Shown: positions 52,263 through 61,400 of the stretch, one piece after another | Position numbering within the stretch: the stretch's first letter is position 1 | How the letters are laid out: each line of letters starts with the position of its first letter | Origin: Myxococcota bacterium | GTDB lineage: Bacteria; Myxococcota; XYA12-FULL-58-9; JABJBS01 | Reading direction: 5' to 3' | Length of the DNA: 64,000 nt | Assembly: GCA_036339465.1 (NCBI GenBank) | Contig: JAYZAY010000011.1 | Coordinates: 64,001-128,000 of the forward strand | Made by a program: the position numbers and the translations under genes | Notes under the pieces: model-generated | The model's input: the letters and a program-made list of their open reading frames with translations, nothing else | Database searches by the model: none | What the model was told of the DNA's origin: nothing

Positions 52263-53132
52263 CTACACTCGTTGAATATTCCGAAGGTGTTTTAATGATT
52301 TTTGTAACTTTGAGACGACCCGACTCTCTATTTGCCGAATCCTTTCCCGCGACACGCCAAAATGTGTGCCGATGTCTTGGAGACTCATTGGGTCGTCCGT
52401 CATTAAACGATGTTTGATGATGTATTGTTCTTTTTCGTTGCAGGAGTGCGCCACTTCGGCAATTCCATCTCTGATTGCTTGGGTCTCTTGAGCTTTTCCT
52501 AGCAGACATTCTTGATCGGGAGATTCATGCTCGACCATTTCTAAGTGCGTGGTTTCATCATCGTCTCGAAGCTTAGTATCCAACGAAAAGTCACGTCCGG
52601 CCATGTATACTTCCATGGTCTCGAAATCTTCGAGGCTAACGCCTAGGGTTTCGGCCAGCTCCGCTCGTGAGATAGGCTCGCCAGGCCCAGCCAATTGTTC
52701 GGCCTTACTTTTCTCGGAGCGGATCTTAAAGAAAAGTTTTCGGCGGGCGGAAGTCATGCCTACTTTGACCATAGACCATGATTGTTGGACGAAGGTTTGT
52801 ATTTGAGCTTTGATCCACCAAACAGCATAGGAGATGAGGCGATAACCTCGGTCTGGATCAAATTTCTTGACCGCAACCATGAGGCCAATGTTGCCCTCTT
52901 GAACCAAATCCAGCATTTTCATGCCGTAGTTGCGGTATTGATGTGCTATCTTTACAACGAATCTCAAGTTCGAGATGACGAGTTTGTGAGCAGCATCTAG
53001 GTCTCCGTGGTCACGATAGGCTCTCGCAAGAGCCTGCTCTTCATCGAATGATAGAAGGGGGTATTGATTCACTTCCGCCATGTAGCTGTCGAGATTATTT
53101 TCGTGCGGGACCAATGCCATGGTTCGACTCAT
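52263..53132 (-). CDS. rpoH: RpoH (sigma-32)-family sigma factor
   Basis: SNLRFVVKIA, DLVQEGNIGLM, YAVWWIKA, RpoH box RRKLFFKIR, VSRERIRQIE. Confidence 0.88.
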   Translation of the reverse strand: MSRTMALVPHENNLDSYMAEVNQYPLLSFDEEQALARAYRDHGDLDAAHKLVISNLRFVVKIAHQYRNYGMKMLDLVQEGNIGLMVAVKKFDPDRGYRLISYAVWWIKAQIQTFVQQSWSMVKVGMTSARRKLFFKIRSEKSKAEQLAGPGEPISRAELAETLGVSLEDFETMEVYMAGRDFSLDTKLRDDDETTHLEMVEHESPDQECLLGKAQETQAIRDGIAEVAHSCNEKEQYIIKHRLMTDDPMSLQDIGTHFGVSRERIRQIESRVVSKLQKSLKHLRNIQRV

Positions 53133-53133
53133 A

Positions 53134-53541
53134 TTATTTATCCTCTTTTTTGGGGCTACCAGTGGGGTAAGCTGGTCGATTCTTCGCTAATTCTTCTAAA
53201 GTCATATCTTTTAAGAGACGTTCGATATTGGCTGAGACCCAACTGGCGGGGTGGGTCAGTCCAAGTTTCGCCTGAAACGAGCTTCCTTCTAAGGCGAGTA
53301 CGATTTCAGCAAGGCTTATTTCAAGGGGATTTTTTGCGAGTTGGTATCCACCTTGCGCCCCACGTTGAGAGATTAAAAGTCCATTTTTACTGAGGCTTTT
53401 GAGGATTTTGGCTGTTGTTGTGAGTGGTAGGCCTAATTGTAAGGCCAGGTCTCTTGCACTGAAACTGCAGGATGAGCGTTGGGTTGCTATATGCTCCAAA
53501 AGCAAGAGCCCATGGTTCGTAATTTGGGTTAGTTTTAGCAT
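53134..53541 (-). CDS. Rrf2-family transcriptional regulator lacking the Fe-S-ligand Cys cluster
   Basis: KILKSL..NGLLISQRGAQGGYQLA..P.EISLAEIV.ALEG; C-terminal region shortened and without Cys. Confidence 0.9.
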   Translation of the reverse strand: MLKLTQITNHGLLLLEHIATQRSSCSFSARDLALQLGLPLTTTAKILKSLSKNGLLISQRGAQGGYQLAKNPLEISLAEIVLALEGSSFQAKLGLTHPASWVSANIERLLKDMTLEELAKNRPAYPTGSPKKEDK

Positions 53542-53563
53542 TCCTATTTCTTTTCCTGGATTA

Positions 53564-53619
53564 ATTATGCCTAAAAATATTCCTAATACTAATGTTAAGG
53601 ACAAGCCACACACTGTCAA
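53564..53619 (-). promoter_or_regulatory. Sigma70-type promoter and imperfect palindrome (putative Rrf2 operator) for rrf2-rpoH
   Basis: Minus strand TTGACA-16 bp-TAACAT, followed by ATTAGGAAT-ATTTTT-AGGCATAAT (53564-53587). Confidence 0.5.
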
Positions 53620-53677
53620 TGTTCTAAATGTTAACTTTTAGTTCAGAGATTTAGAGCGCAAAGCCGAAAACGAGGCG

Positions 53678-55168
53678 CTAGTTTTCAGAGTCAAATGATA
53701 TCATATACTTAAGTATGTTTTGAGGGGTTTCTGCGTTGTGGCCGTCGAAACAGAATGATCTGGTTCGGCAATTTAGGCCATGTTTCAGTTCTTCACTTAG
53801 GGTCCAACGGTGGATACTGTCCACCACGCGACCGGTTAGGGTGTTTACCCGCCCGGCTTCGGTCTCGGGGGCGAGAATCAAGAAAATGCCGTCCTTATAG
53901 TAAAAAATTTCGTCGGTGGTCCGTACGGTAGAATTTATAATGTCTGCGGCTTCGGTCAGAGATGATTGAAGGATTTCGGGAGGCGGGTCTGATGAAAATT
54001 TTAGCTGAACCCCTACCAAGGAGAAGGGATGTCCATACCGTCTTGTTCTGTCGAATTCGTGTAGAAATCGTTTTCCGAAATAGGCAAAGGTTCCCGAACT
54101 TATTCTCTCTAGGGAAATGGGTAATGTGATACTGTTATAAACGGCAAATTTGGAAGGTTCATCGAATTCTAGTGGACTTTGTCTTGAGGTTTGAACGGTT
54201 CGGGTGGGAGTAAGACCATAGGCCTGGGTTGCAAAATAACGAATGGTGTCTATTTCGTTTGATTCAATGGCATTGAATCGGATTCCCATACCACTTTCCT
54301 GCTCAGCGATGCCATGTCTCACAACCTGTCCGTGAAGGAGAACCGGGAGACTTCCTCGGTTTGTTGGAACATTTGATACGAGGGATAATGTGGTACCGAT
54401 GGGCTCTGGATTTTCTGTGGTGAGGAAGATCCCCCCTTCACTTATATTCACACTTTGTTCTGTTCGAATCCCACCCGTACTGACAAATTTAACTTGTAGT
54501 TTGAGTGCCTGGCGGGGGGTGCCTCTTAGTTCATTTGATGATGATAAGGCTCTGAGGATTGAGGCAGCGGGAGAATCGATTTCAAGCGGGTCGACGATTT
54601 GCCATGCACTGTATGCGTCGGAATAACCCTTGAGCTCTAAATCGTGGACGGCATTGAGTGTAAATTCCTCGCCTAGGGCTGTGCCGGTATTTGCACAGAC
54701 CAAGGTTGAGCCAGGAGGCGCCCTATCTTGAAGTCTCGATGCGAGATTTACCGTATCTCCAACGGCGGTATAGTCTTGGTGTTGGCCAAGTTCAACGCCG
54801 CCCAACATGACATCTCCGGATGCGATTCCTACTCTAATTTGTAGCTGGATGTTGGTGTTCGATTTGATGAGTTTTTGATTGAGAGAGGTTACAGCGCGGT
54901 GCATGTCGAGTGCCGTTTGAGCAGCCGCTTTTTTTTGACTTTTAGTCGGTTTGGGGGCACCGAAGAAAGCCAAAATTCCGTCGCCGAGAAACTTGTTAAC
55001 GTTTCCCTCGTTTCCTTCGATGATTTCTGCCATTTTCTCAAGGTATTGATTAAGTACGAGCTTGAGTCGTTCTGGCCCTATTTTCTTTGACAAAGCGGTG
55101 TAGCCTTTGATGTCACTGAAAAGGATGGTGGTATAGTGCTTCTTCATTGTTTGGGGGTCAGAATTCAT
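53678..55168 (-). CDS. Soluble class III adenylate cyclase - PilZ - degenerate GGDEF fusion
   Basis: Cyclase: TILFSDIKGYT, NKFLGDGILAFFGAP, DYTAVGDTVNLASRL. PilZ: RGTPR and NISEGG. GGDEF-like: EFDRTRRY..PFSLV...VRTTDEIFYYKDGIFLILAPET. Confidence 0.85.
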   Translation of the reverse strand: MNSDPQTMKKHYTTILFSDIKGYTALSKKIGPERLKLVLNQYLEKMAEIIEGNEGNVNKFLGDGILAFFGAPKPTKSQKKAAAQTALDMHRAVTSLNQKLIKSNTNIQLQIRVGIASGDVMLGGVELGQHQDYTAVGDTVNLASRLQDRAPPGSTLVCANTGTALGEEFTLNAVHDLELKGYSDAYSAWQIVDPLEIDSPAASILRALSSSNELRGTPRQALKLQVKFVSTGGIRTEQSVNISEGGIFLTTENPEPIGTTLSLVSNVPTNRGSLPVLLHGQVVRHGIAEQESGMGIRFNAIESNEIDTIRYFATQAYGLTPTRTVQTSRQSPLEFDEPSKFAVYNSITLPISLERISSGTFAYFGKRFLHEFDRTRRYGHPFSLVGVQLKFSSDPPPEILQSSLTEAADIINSTVRTTDEIFYYKDGIFLILAPETEAGRVNTLTGRVVDSIHRWTLSEELKHGLNCRTRSFCFDGHNAETPQNILKYMISFDSEN

Positions 55169-55180
55169 AATGAAGTCATA

Positions 55181-55379
55181 TCCGATTCGGGATATGGGGG
55201 CCAGGAACTAGTGCGTGATTCTGGGCCATCGACACATCTTTAGCTGGTTGTATGCTTGCCCACTGCGTTTTCTCTTTTCTGCTTCGTGCCTTGTGGGAGC
55301 CAAGCCCTATTTGTACCCCCCACCGTGTTCGTGGCAAAGGATTCACGACGACTCATAACCCAAAGCTCCCTGAATCGGA
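55181..55379. ncRNA. Candidate ~200-nt rod-shaped structured RNA (6S-like or cis-regulatory leader)
   Basis: Five nested complementary blocks span the intergenic region around a central 18/19-nt bubble (detailed under findings). Strand not resolved. Confidence 0.45.
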
Positions 55380-55407
55380 GACCTGTTCGGTGATTTAACT
55401 TCTAAGA

Positions 55408-58400
55408 TCAAAATTGCCCGATGGATATGTGAACTTCGAATTGCCGCTCACCCAATGCACTGATTGGTTTGGGGTTGAAGCCCATGTTGAAAACCAGAGG
55501 TCCAGCGGGTGTCCGGTAGTTGATGCCGATTCCTAAGGACCAACGAAGCAGTTGTTTCGTTGGTGGGATTTTTTCGAACCATAGATTTCCTGCTTCGGCG
55601 AATAGATCGATGCCGAGATTGCCAAAGAGAGGAAGTCGCAATTCTGATTTGATCAAGCCATAGATCAATCCCCCCGGTGGGGGGCCTACGCATTCTTGAG
55701 CTTCCCCTTCACAACCCGTAGGAAATTCGTAGTCGGCCGGATAGATGGCATCATGGGAATAGCCTCGAAGGCTCGTTCTTCCCCCTAAAAAAAATCTTTC
55801 ATCGAGTGGTGGCTCTGAGTCCATTTTATGAATGTATCCCCCCCTTAGAGCAAGAGCGAGGACGGTCGTTCCGAGGGGTAAATAGGCGGAGGTTCTTCCT
55901 TCTACTTTGGTGAATGCGTAGGTGCTTTTTGGGGGGGCAGCAGTCAAATGAGCGGAGGCACTGTTTCGTTCTTCATATTGGCCTGAAGCATATTTAGCGT
56001 CGATACTCACTACAAATCCACGGGTTGGCATGAGGGGGGAATCTCTGAAGTCCAGGGTAAAACGCGGTCCTATCTTAAATCCGAGTCGACTACCGGGATT
56101 AATTCGAAGTCGTACATTCGCGTCTTGAAAAATTTCATCACTACAATCGAGAAGTTTGTCATTTTCGAAGCATTCCAGAAAGGTGGAGTTGAGCTGTGGT
56201 TCAATGGCTAGTTTGAAGCTTGGTACGGGATTGATTTCAAAGCCAAAGATGGCCGCAAAGGTTTCTAGAAAGTATGAGATTCGATTGTCTCTTTCATTGA
56301 CGAAGTCGATAAAGAACGATGGGTTTAGGGTTAGCTGTGAAAAGCTGGGGGATTTTAGTCCAATGCGCACTTGCCGTTCTAGGGCCTGAGATAGCTGGGC
56401 AGACCAACTGGTGTAGCTGTCATATTTTTCAATCATTGCGGTAGCGGCAGAACCATAAAGGTTAAAAAAGACCTGCCGATTGAGCTTAATCGAAGAAGTT
56501 AGCTGAGCTCCTTGCCTCAGGAGGTTTTGATGGCCGTAACTCAATCGCAGTCGGGGGCCATCTTCTGTGGACAGGCCACCACTCAACTGGATTTTATGAC
56601 GCGGGCGTTCAATGACTCGGACAACCAAATCTTTTCGCTCGTCGGGGATATCGGGGTCTAGAAGTCTGATTTGGACCGTAGAAAAAATGCCGGTAGCTGT
56701 AAGTCTATTTTGGTCTTCTAAGGCTTTGTTTAGGCGATAGATGTCCCCTTTTTTGAATGTTAATCGATTCCTTATAAAATTTGGGTCAGTGTGTCGGTTG
56801 CCCTGGATCAATATTTGGGTGATCCTTACGAGAGGGCCCTCCTCAATTAGGAAGGTGACATTGGTCTGTCCTGTTTCCGAGGCTTTCGTGTGGCTCCAAT
56901 TGACTTTCGCGTAGAGATAGCCTCGTTCTCGATAACGACGGACAAGATTAATCCGAGCTTCCTCAAATTTTTTGAGGGAGACAGGGGTGTTGTTTGTGAA
57001 GCTAAGTGGCTCAGTTATCCAGTTTAGAATCGTTGTAGCTGTTAGATCTTTGTTACCTCGAATTGAGATAGAGTTGAGCCGATAGCGGGTTCCCTCAGAA
57101 ACGTGAATTTCAATATCGTGCCTTTTTTTTATTTCCGTTACGTTACCCAACGTCATTTTTATGTCGAGGTACCCTGCTTCACTGTATAGATTCTCGAGGT
57201 GGCTGAGGGATTTTTTCAATTCGATGGGAACCCAGCGCTCGGTAGGGGGCAAAATGCGGGGGCTAGTATTGAGTTGAGAAAGTGGCGGTAATTTTCCCCC
57301 AGAACTGCTAATAACTTGGTCGAAAGGACTTAGTGGGTCGAGTAGTTCCTTGTTGACATGGCTACTTTTGAGTACTGTCTTAATTTCATCGATTATCTTT
57401 TCTGTTGATAAATATCGATTGCCTTGAATGGTAATATTTCCTCTTTTTTGGAGCGGACCTTCATTGATTTCGAAAAGATGGAGGATCACATTTTCTTTAG
57501 TGAGTGCTATTTGGGAGAGTTTTATTTCTGCCTTTCCGTAGCCAAGCCTTTGATAAACATCCTTGAGTATGTTTTTAAATGTTCTATTTGCCCCCGGTGT
57601 GAAGCGTTTTCTCCGGTCCGGCCAAAGTTCTTCGAGAGCCTTGGCTGATAGAATCATGTTGTTTTTGAAAATACGCTGATATCGCGCTCCCAGGTCAATG
57701 GTAAATTCGACATCACAGCGCTCTGGTTGTGGGAAAAAGAGTTTGGGTGCTCTCACTTTGGCGGTCCAATACCCCCTGCGTACGAAGAAATCTACGAGTC
57801 TTTCGCGCTCCGAATCGAGCAATGCTTGATTGAGTCTGGTTCCCTGTTTTGTTGCTATGTTTCGGAGTAAGACTTGCCTTTGTAGATCAGTGGATAGCCC
57901 TAAGAATTTTATGGATTGGATGAGACTGGGCGGCCCCTCTTCCACATTGATAATTAGGTGGCGTCCTCGTAATGACTCTTTTTGGATGACGATGTCCACT
58001 TTGGGTTGCCGAAATCCGTTGGCGTTAAGGAATCTTTCTAGATTGTTTTGGATGCGTGTGGTTGAATTGTTCTCCAAGAAACTGCCTACGCGGAGATTGA
58101 GCCTGGAACGTATGGAGGTTTCATCGAGGATACTTAAACCCTGTATGGAGATATCCTCGAGCACCAACCTGGGTTCTAGTACAAAGGTTAATTCCACGGC
58201 ACCTCCTAGGCGCTTGGCAAAGACCCGAATATTCTGGAATTTTCCTGTGCCATAGATTCGCTTGATCGCTGTTTGAATATCCTGCTCATGCAGTAGAAAG
58301 CCGGGATGAATATCGATGAGTTCTCGTAGTTGTGATGGATAGAGCTCTTCTGGAGCCACCACGTTGACCGAAAGAACCGGTTGGTTCCGGTATGGTGAAA

Positions 58401-58452
58401 GCGGATCTGAACTCATAAGGTTCAGGGATAAAATGAGCGCGAAGTATAACAT
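55408..58452 (-). CDS. Omp85-family (BamA/TamA-like) protein with multiple POTRA domains
   Basis: Repeated POTRA patterns (I.I.GN..., V.EG), barrel DFRDSPLMPTRG, FFLGG.TSLRGY, TPAGPL, terminal F. Confidence 0.88.
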   Translation of the reverse strand: MLYFALILSLNLMSSDPLSPYRNQPVLSVNVVAPEELYPSQLRELIDIHPGFLLHEQDIQTAIKRIYGTGKFQNIRVFAKRLGGAVELTFVLEPRLVLEDISIQGLSILDETSIRSRLNLRVGSFLENNSTTRIQNNLERFLNANGFRQPKVDIVIQKESLRGRHLIINVEEGPPSLIQSIKFLGLSTDLQRQVLLRNIATKQGTRLNQALLDSERERLVDFFVRRGYWTAKVRAPKLFFPQPERCDVEFTIDLGARYQRIFKNNMILSAKALEELWPDRRKRFTPGANRTFKNILKDVYQRLGYGKAEIKLSQIALTKENVILHLFEINEGPLQKRGNITIQGNRYLSTEKIIDEIKTVLKSSHVNKELLDPLSPFDQVISSSGGKLPPLSQLNTSPRILPPTERWVPIELKKSLSHLENLYSEAGYLDIKMTLGNVTEIKKRHDIEIHVSEGTRYRLNSISIRGNKDLTATTILNWITEPLSFTNNTPVSLKKFEEARINLVRRYRERGYLYAKVNWSHTKASETGQTNVTFLIEEGPLVRITQILIQGNRHTDPNFIRNRLTFKKGDIYRLNKALEDQNRLTATGIFSTVQIRLLDPDIPDERKDLVVRVIERPRHKIQLSGGLSTEDGPRLRLSYGHQNLLRQGAQLTSSIKLNRQVFFNLYGSAATAMIEKYDSYTSWSAQLSQALERQVRIGLKSPSFSQLTLNPSFFIDFVNERDNRISYFLETFAAIFGFEINPVPSFKLAIEPQLNSTFLECFENDKLLDCSDEIFQDANVRLRINPGSRLGFKIGPRFTLDFRDSPLMPTRGFVVSIDAKYASGQYEERNSASAHLTAAPPKSTYAFTKVEGRTSAYLPLGTTVLALALRGGYIHKMDSEPPLDERFFLGGRTSLRGYSHDAIYPADYEFPTGCEGEAQECVGPPPGGLIYGLIKSELRLPLFGNLGIDLFAEAGNLWFEKIPPTKQLLRWSLGIGINYRTPAGPLVFNMGFNPKPISALGERQFEVHISIGQF

Positions 58453-58474
58453 GTTGTTGTTTGCTTATTCGACG

Positions 58475-61400
58475 TTAGTCAAATTTCCAATCTAAGCGCA
58501 AATCTAAACCAAGATCTCCAATGGTTACCCGGCTTTCACTAACCCAAGTACCTTCTAGAATGACCCCCGGTTTAATATTGTATTCAAGGCTAAAGACGTG
58601 TTGTTCATCTTGTTCGTAGAGTGGTCCATTGTATTCGAGCTGCCATTTAGCGCCGAGTTCTTTTGACACTTGAATTCGTGGTTCGATACGACGACTTGTT
58701 TTGGAGTATCCACTTGTGAGTGAAAACTGGTCTACGAGGGGAAGATAGTTCTTAATCTGAGAATCCATACCCGTCACTTTCCAGAGAGCATCCATCGCTC
58801 CGGGAAGAACGCCGAGTCCCTCCCCATTTTCCCCACCGAGATTCGCAGTATTCAAGCTATCCAAACGAAGGCCAAATTGTGCACATAAGAGTGCCTCTTG
58901 GGGTTCTACGGGGCCGGAATCATCTTGTCCCGTGGCGGAAATGGTATATCGGTCGGCATCTCCCCTGACCATGACCATAAGTGAAAGTCCACAAGCCTCG
59001 GTGGTGGCGCGGAGGTCATATCGGGGGCGGATCGCATATTCGTCGATGAAGTCGACGGTAGCATGTTGCACTCTGTAGTGATTTCCGCCGAGGGTGATGT
59101 TGGCCCAAATTAGTGATGCCGAACCCAATAGACCGATCCTTTGGGTGGTTCCTGTTAAGTCAAGCTCTGCTTGAAGCTCTGACTCAATGAAATTGTTGAT
59201 GAAAATAATATTGTCATCGGCCTTTAGCTTAATGCGAAGGTTAATGGGGGCTTGTGCTTCGGATTCGATACCCTGGGATTGATTGGCGAGACCGAGAAGA
59301 TGCTTGAGGTCGATATTGGCATCGTATCGAAGTGATTGAAGTTCAATATCTCCTCGAAGCTGTAACTCATTGGATAAACCATTGAGTTGAAGTTGACCGC
59401 TGGCAACAAGATCGAGATTACTCAAGGGTTTCCAATAGACTTCGTTAATATCGAGCAGGAGGTCGAATTCAGGTTTTTGGTTGGCATGGAGAATCATATT
59501 TCCTTGGCCATTCACAATGCCATCTTTAATGTGACCAGAAAAGTTTTCAATATGAACGGTCCTTCCGCTGAATCGAAGTTCACTTTCCAATTCATTGAGT
59601 TCCAAACCAAGGGAATCTACTTTGAGGTGAGCATCGGACATGACGGCTCGTCCGGAGATGCTGGGATTGTTCAACGGTCCATCGATTTGTAGTGCAAAGT
59701 TAATGGGCGCTTTTCCTGAGCTGAGTTCGACGAGTTTAAGCAGTTCCTTAAAATCCCCTGTGCCGGAGGTTGTTAATTGGACTTGGCCATTTTCGTCCAA
59801 TGTACCACGCAAGGTCCCCCTGAGCTGACCGTTTGTGATGACGCTAGGCTCGATCGTGAGTAATTTTTCAGACAGTTGCATTCGAATGGGGCCTTCGTTT
59901 CGAAATTCCTGGTCGTGAATTTTCAGGTGGAGTTGGTTGAGTTCCGAATCGATGCCTATTTTCTCGATTTCTTCGAGAGTTCCTTGGGCGAACACGCTGC
60001 CTGAGGTGATCGCTTTGAGAGCGGGGGGCAAGGGAACAAGCTTGTTTGCGAGAATATTGATGAATGACAATGTGCCCGCGAAGCTGTAGTCGTTTTTTTG
60101 ATTGATGTTAAATTCACCCGTGAGGGTATTTTCTATAGCGGCTACCTTGAGGTTTATCTGGCCGGCGTTTGCTTCAAATGTTGCGCTTATCTTTCCGAAG
60201 TCAGCGTCGTTTAGTTTAGCGTTGTCCACACGGATGATTCCCATTCCGCTCATCATGTGGAAAAAATTTCTCATTTTGGTTTGACCTGACAAAGTGCCTT
60301 GTAATTTGGTCCCATCCAACCAAGGGTTGAAAATGGATGTGGGAACTTCTTGGGCTTTTAGGGCGAGGTCTAATTGGTTGAGTTTAGGTAGAAGTATTTT
60401 GGCTTCCAGGTTTCCGCTTCCAGGGCTGTGGGTGGTCGTCATCGCCATGATATTTCCATTTTGACGAAGCTGAATATTTCCTGTTGTTTCACCTATTTCA
60501 ACATCCCGATATTCGAGGGAGGGACTGTGAAATGATATTTGACCCTCCAGTTTTTCCAAGGGCCCGCGGAGATTGGCTTCTGCATTGACGAGTCCCTTGA
60601 GCCCCACACGCACCTCGGGAAGTAGGTCTAGGGCTTCGAGTAACTCGATACCTTCGGTTTGGTTTGTTTTGACGAAAAGTTCGGTTTGGTCGGGATGGAA
60701 AAAGTGAATGCGCCCTTTTCCTTCAAGATAGCCAAGTTTATAGCGGAGTTTTGCCCGTAGGATGTGAAGGATTTCTTTGTGGTACATTACCGTAGATGTG
60801 GTTTTTCCTAATTGGATTCCTGCAATGGCAAGGTCTTTCATCTCTACCGTACCCGAGAGAGCCAGCGATTTTAAGGGGCCCTCCAAGGTTGCAGCTATAT
60901 TGCCGAATCCCTCGTAGGAGAGGCCGGCGATGGGACCGAATCTTTTCAGGTTTACGCGTGTGCCATGGATTTGTAGTTCAGATAATTGGGGTGCGGCTAT
61001 AGCAATTGAACCGTTTACGGCGAAGGTGGCCCCTGCCATTCTAAGTTTTGTGCCTAGAAAATGAATTGATTCCCGAGACCAGCTGAATGCACCCGAGATA
61101 GCGGTGGGGGGGATGGTGATAATATGTTCGCCGTTTGATGAAATGACTGTGGGGGTGTTTAGGTTGAGTGCCACAGTGGTTCGGTGTCGTTTTTGTCTCG
61201 AGACAGGGTTTGTTTTCAAAGTACCGCTTAAAGTTGTTTCGACAGGGTAGGGAGATTCTATGCCGAAAATCGGGTAGAGTGTGCTTAGTTTTATGGTGCT
61301 TAATTCGAGATTGACCTTGAGGGAATCTAGGGGGGAATTCAGATTTGCTTGGAGGCTGGCAATGAGTTTCTTCTCTTTGTTTTGGGTCCACACGATTTTT

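Noticed and set aside
55181..55379. Retron msr/msd, SRP RNA, tmRNA or c-di-GMP riboswitch
   Set aside because: No reverse transcriptase in the window, and none of the diagnostic motifs (SRP GGAA-loop domain, tRNA-like ends, GEMM consensus) are visible.
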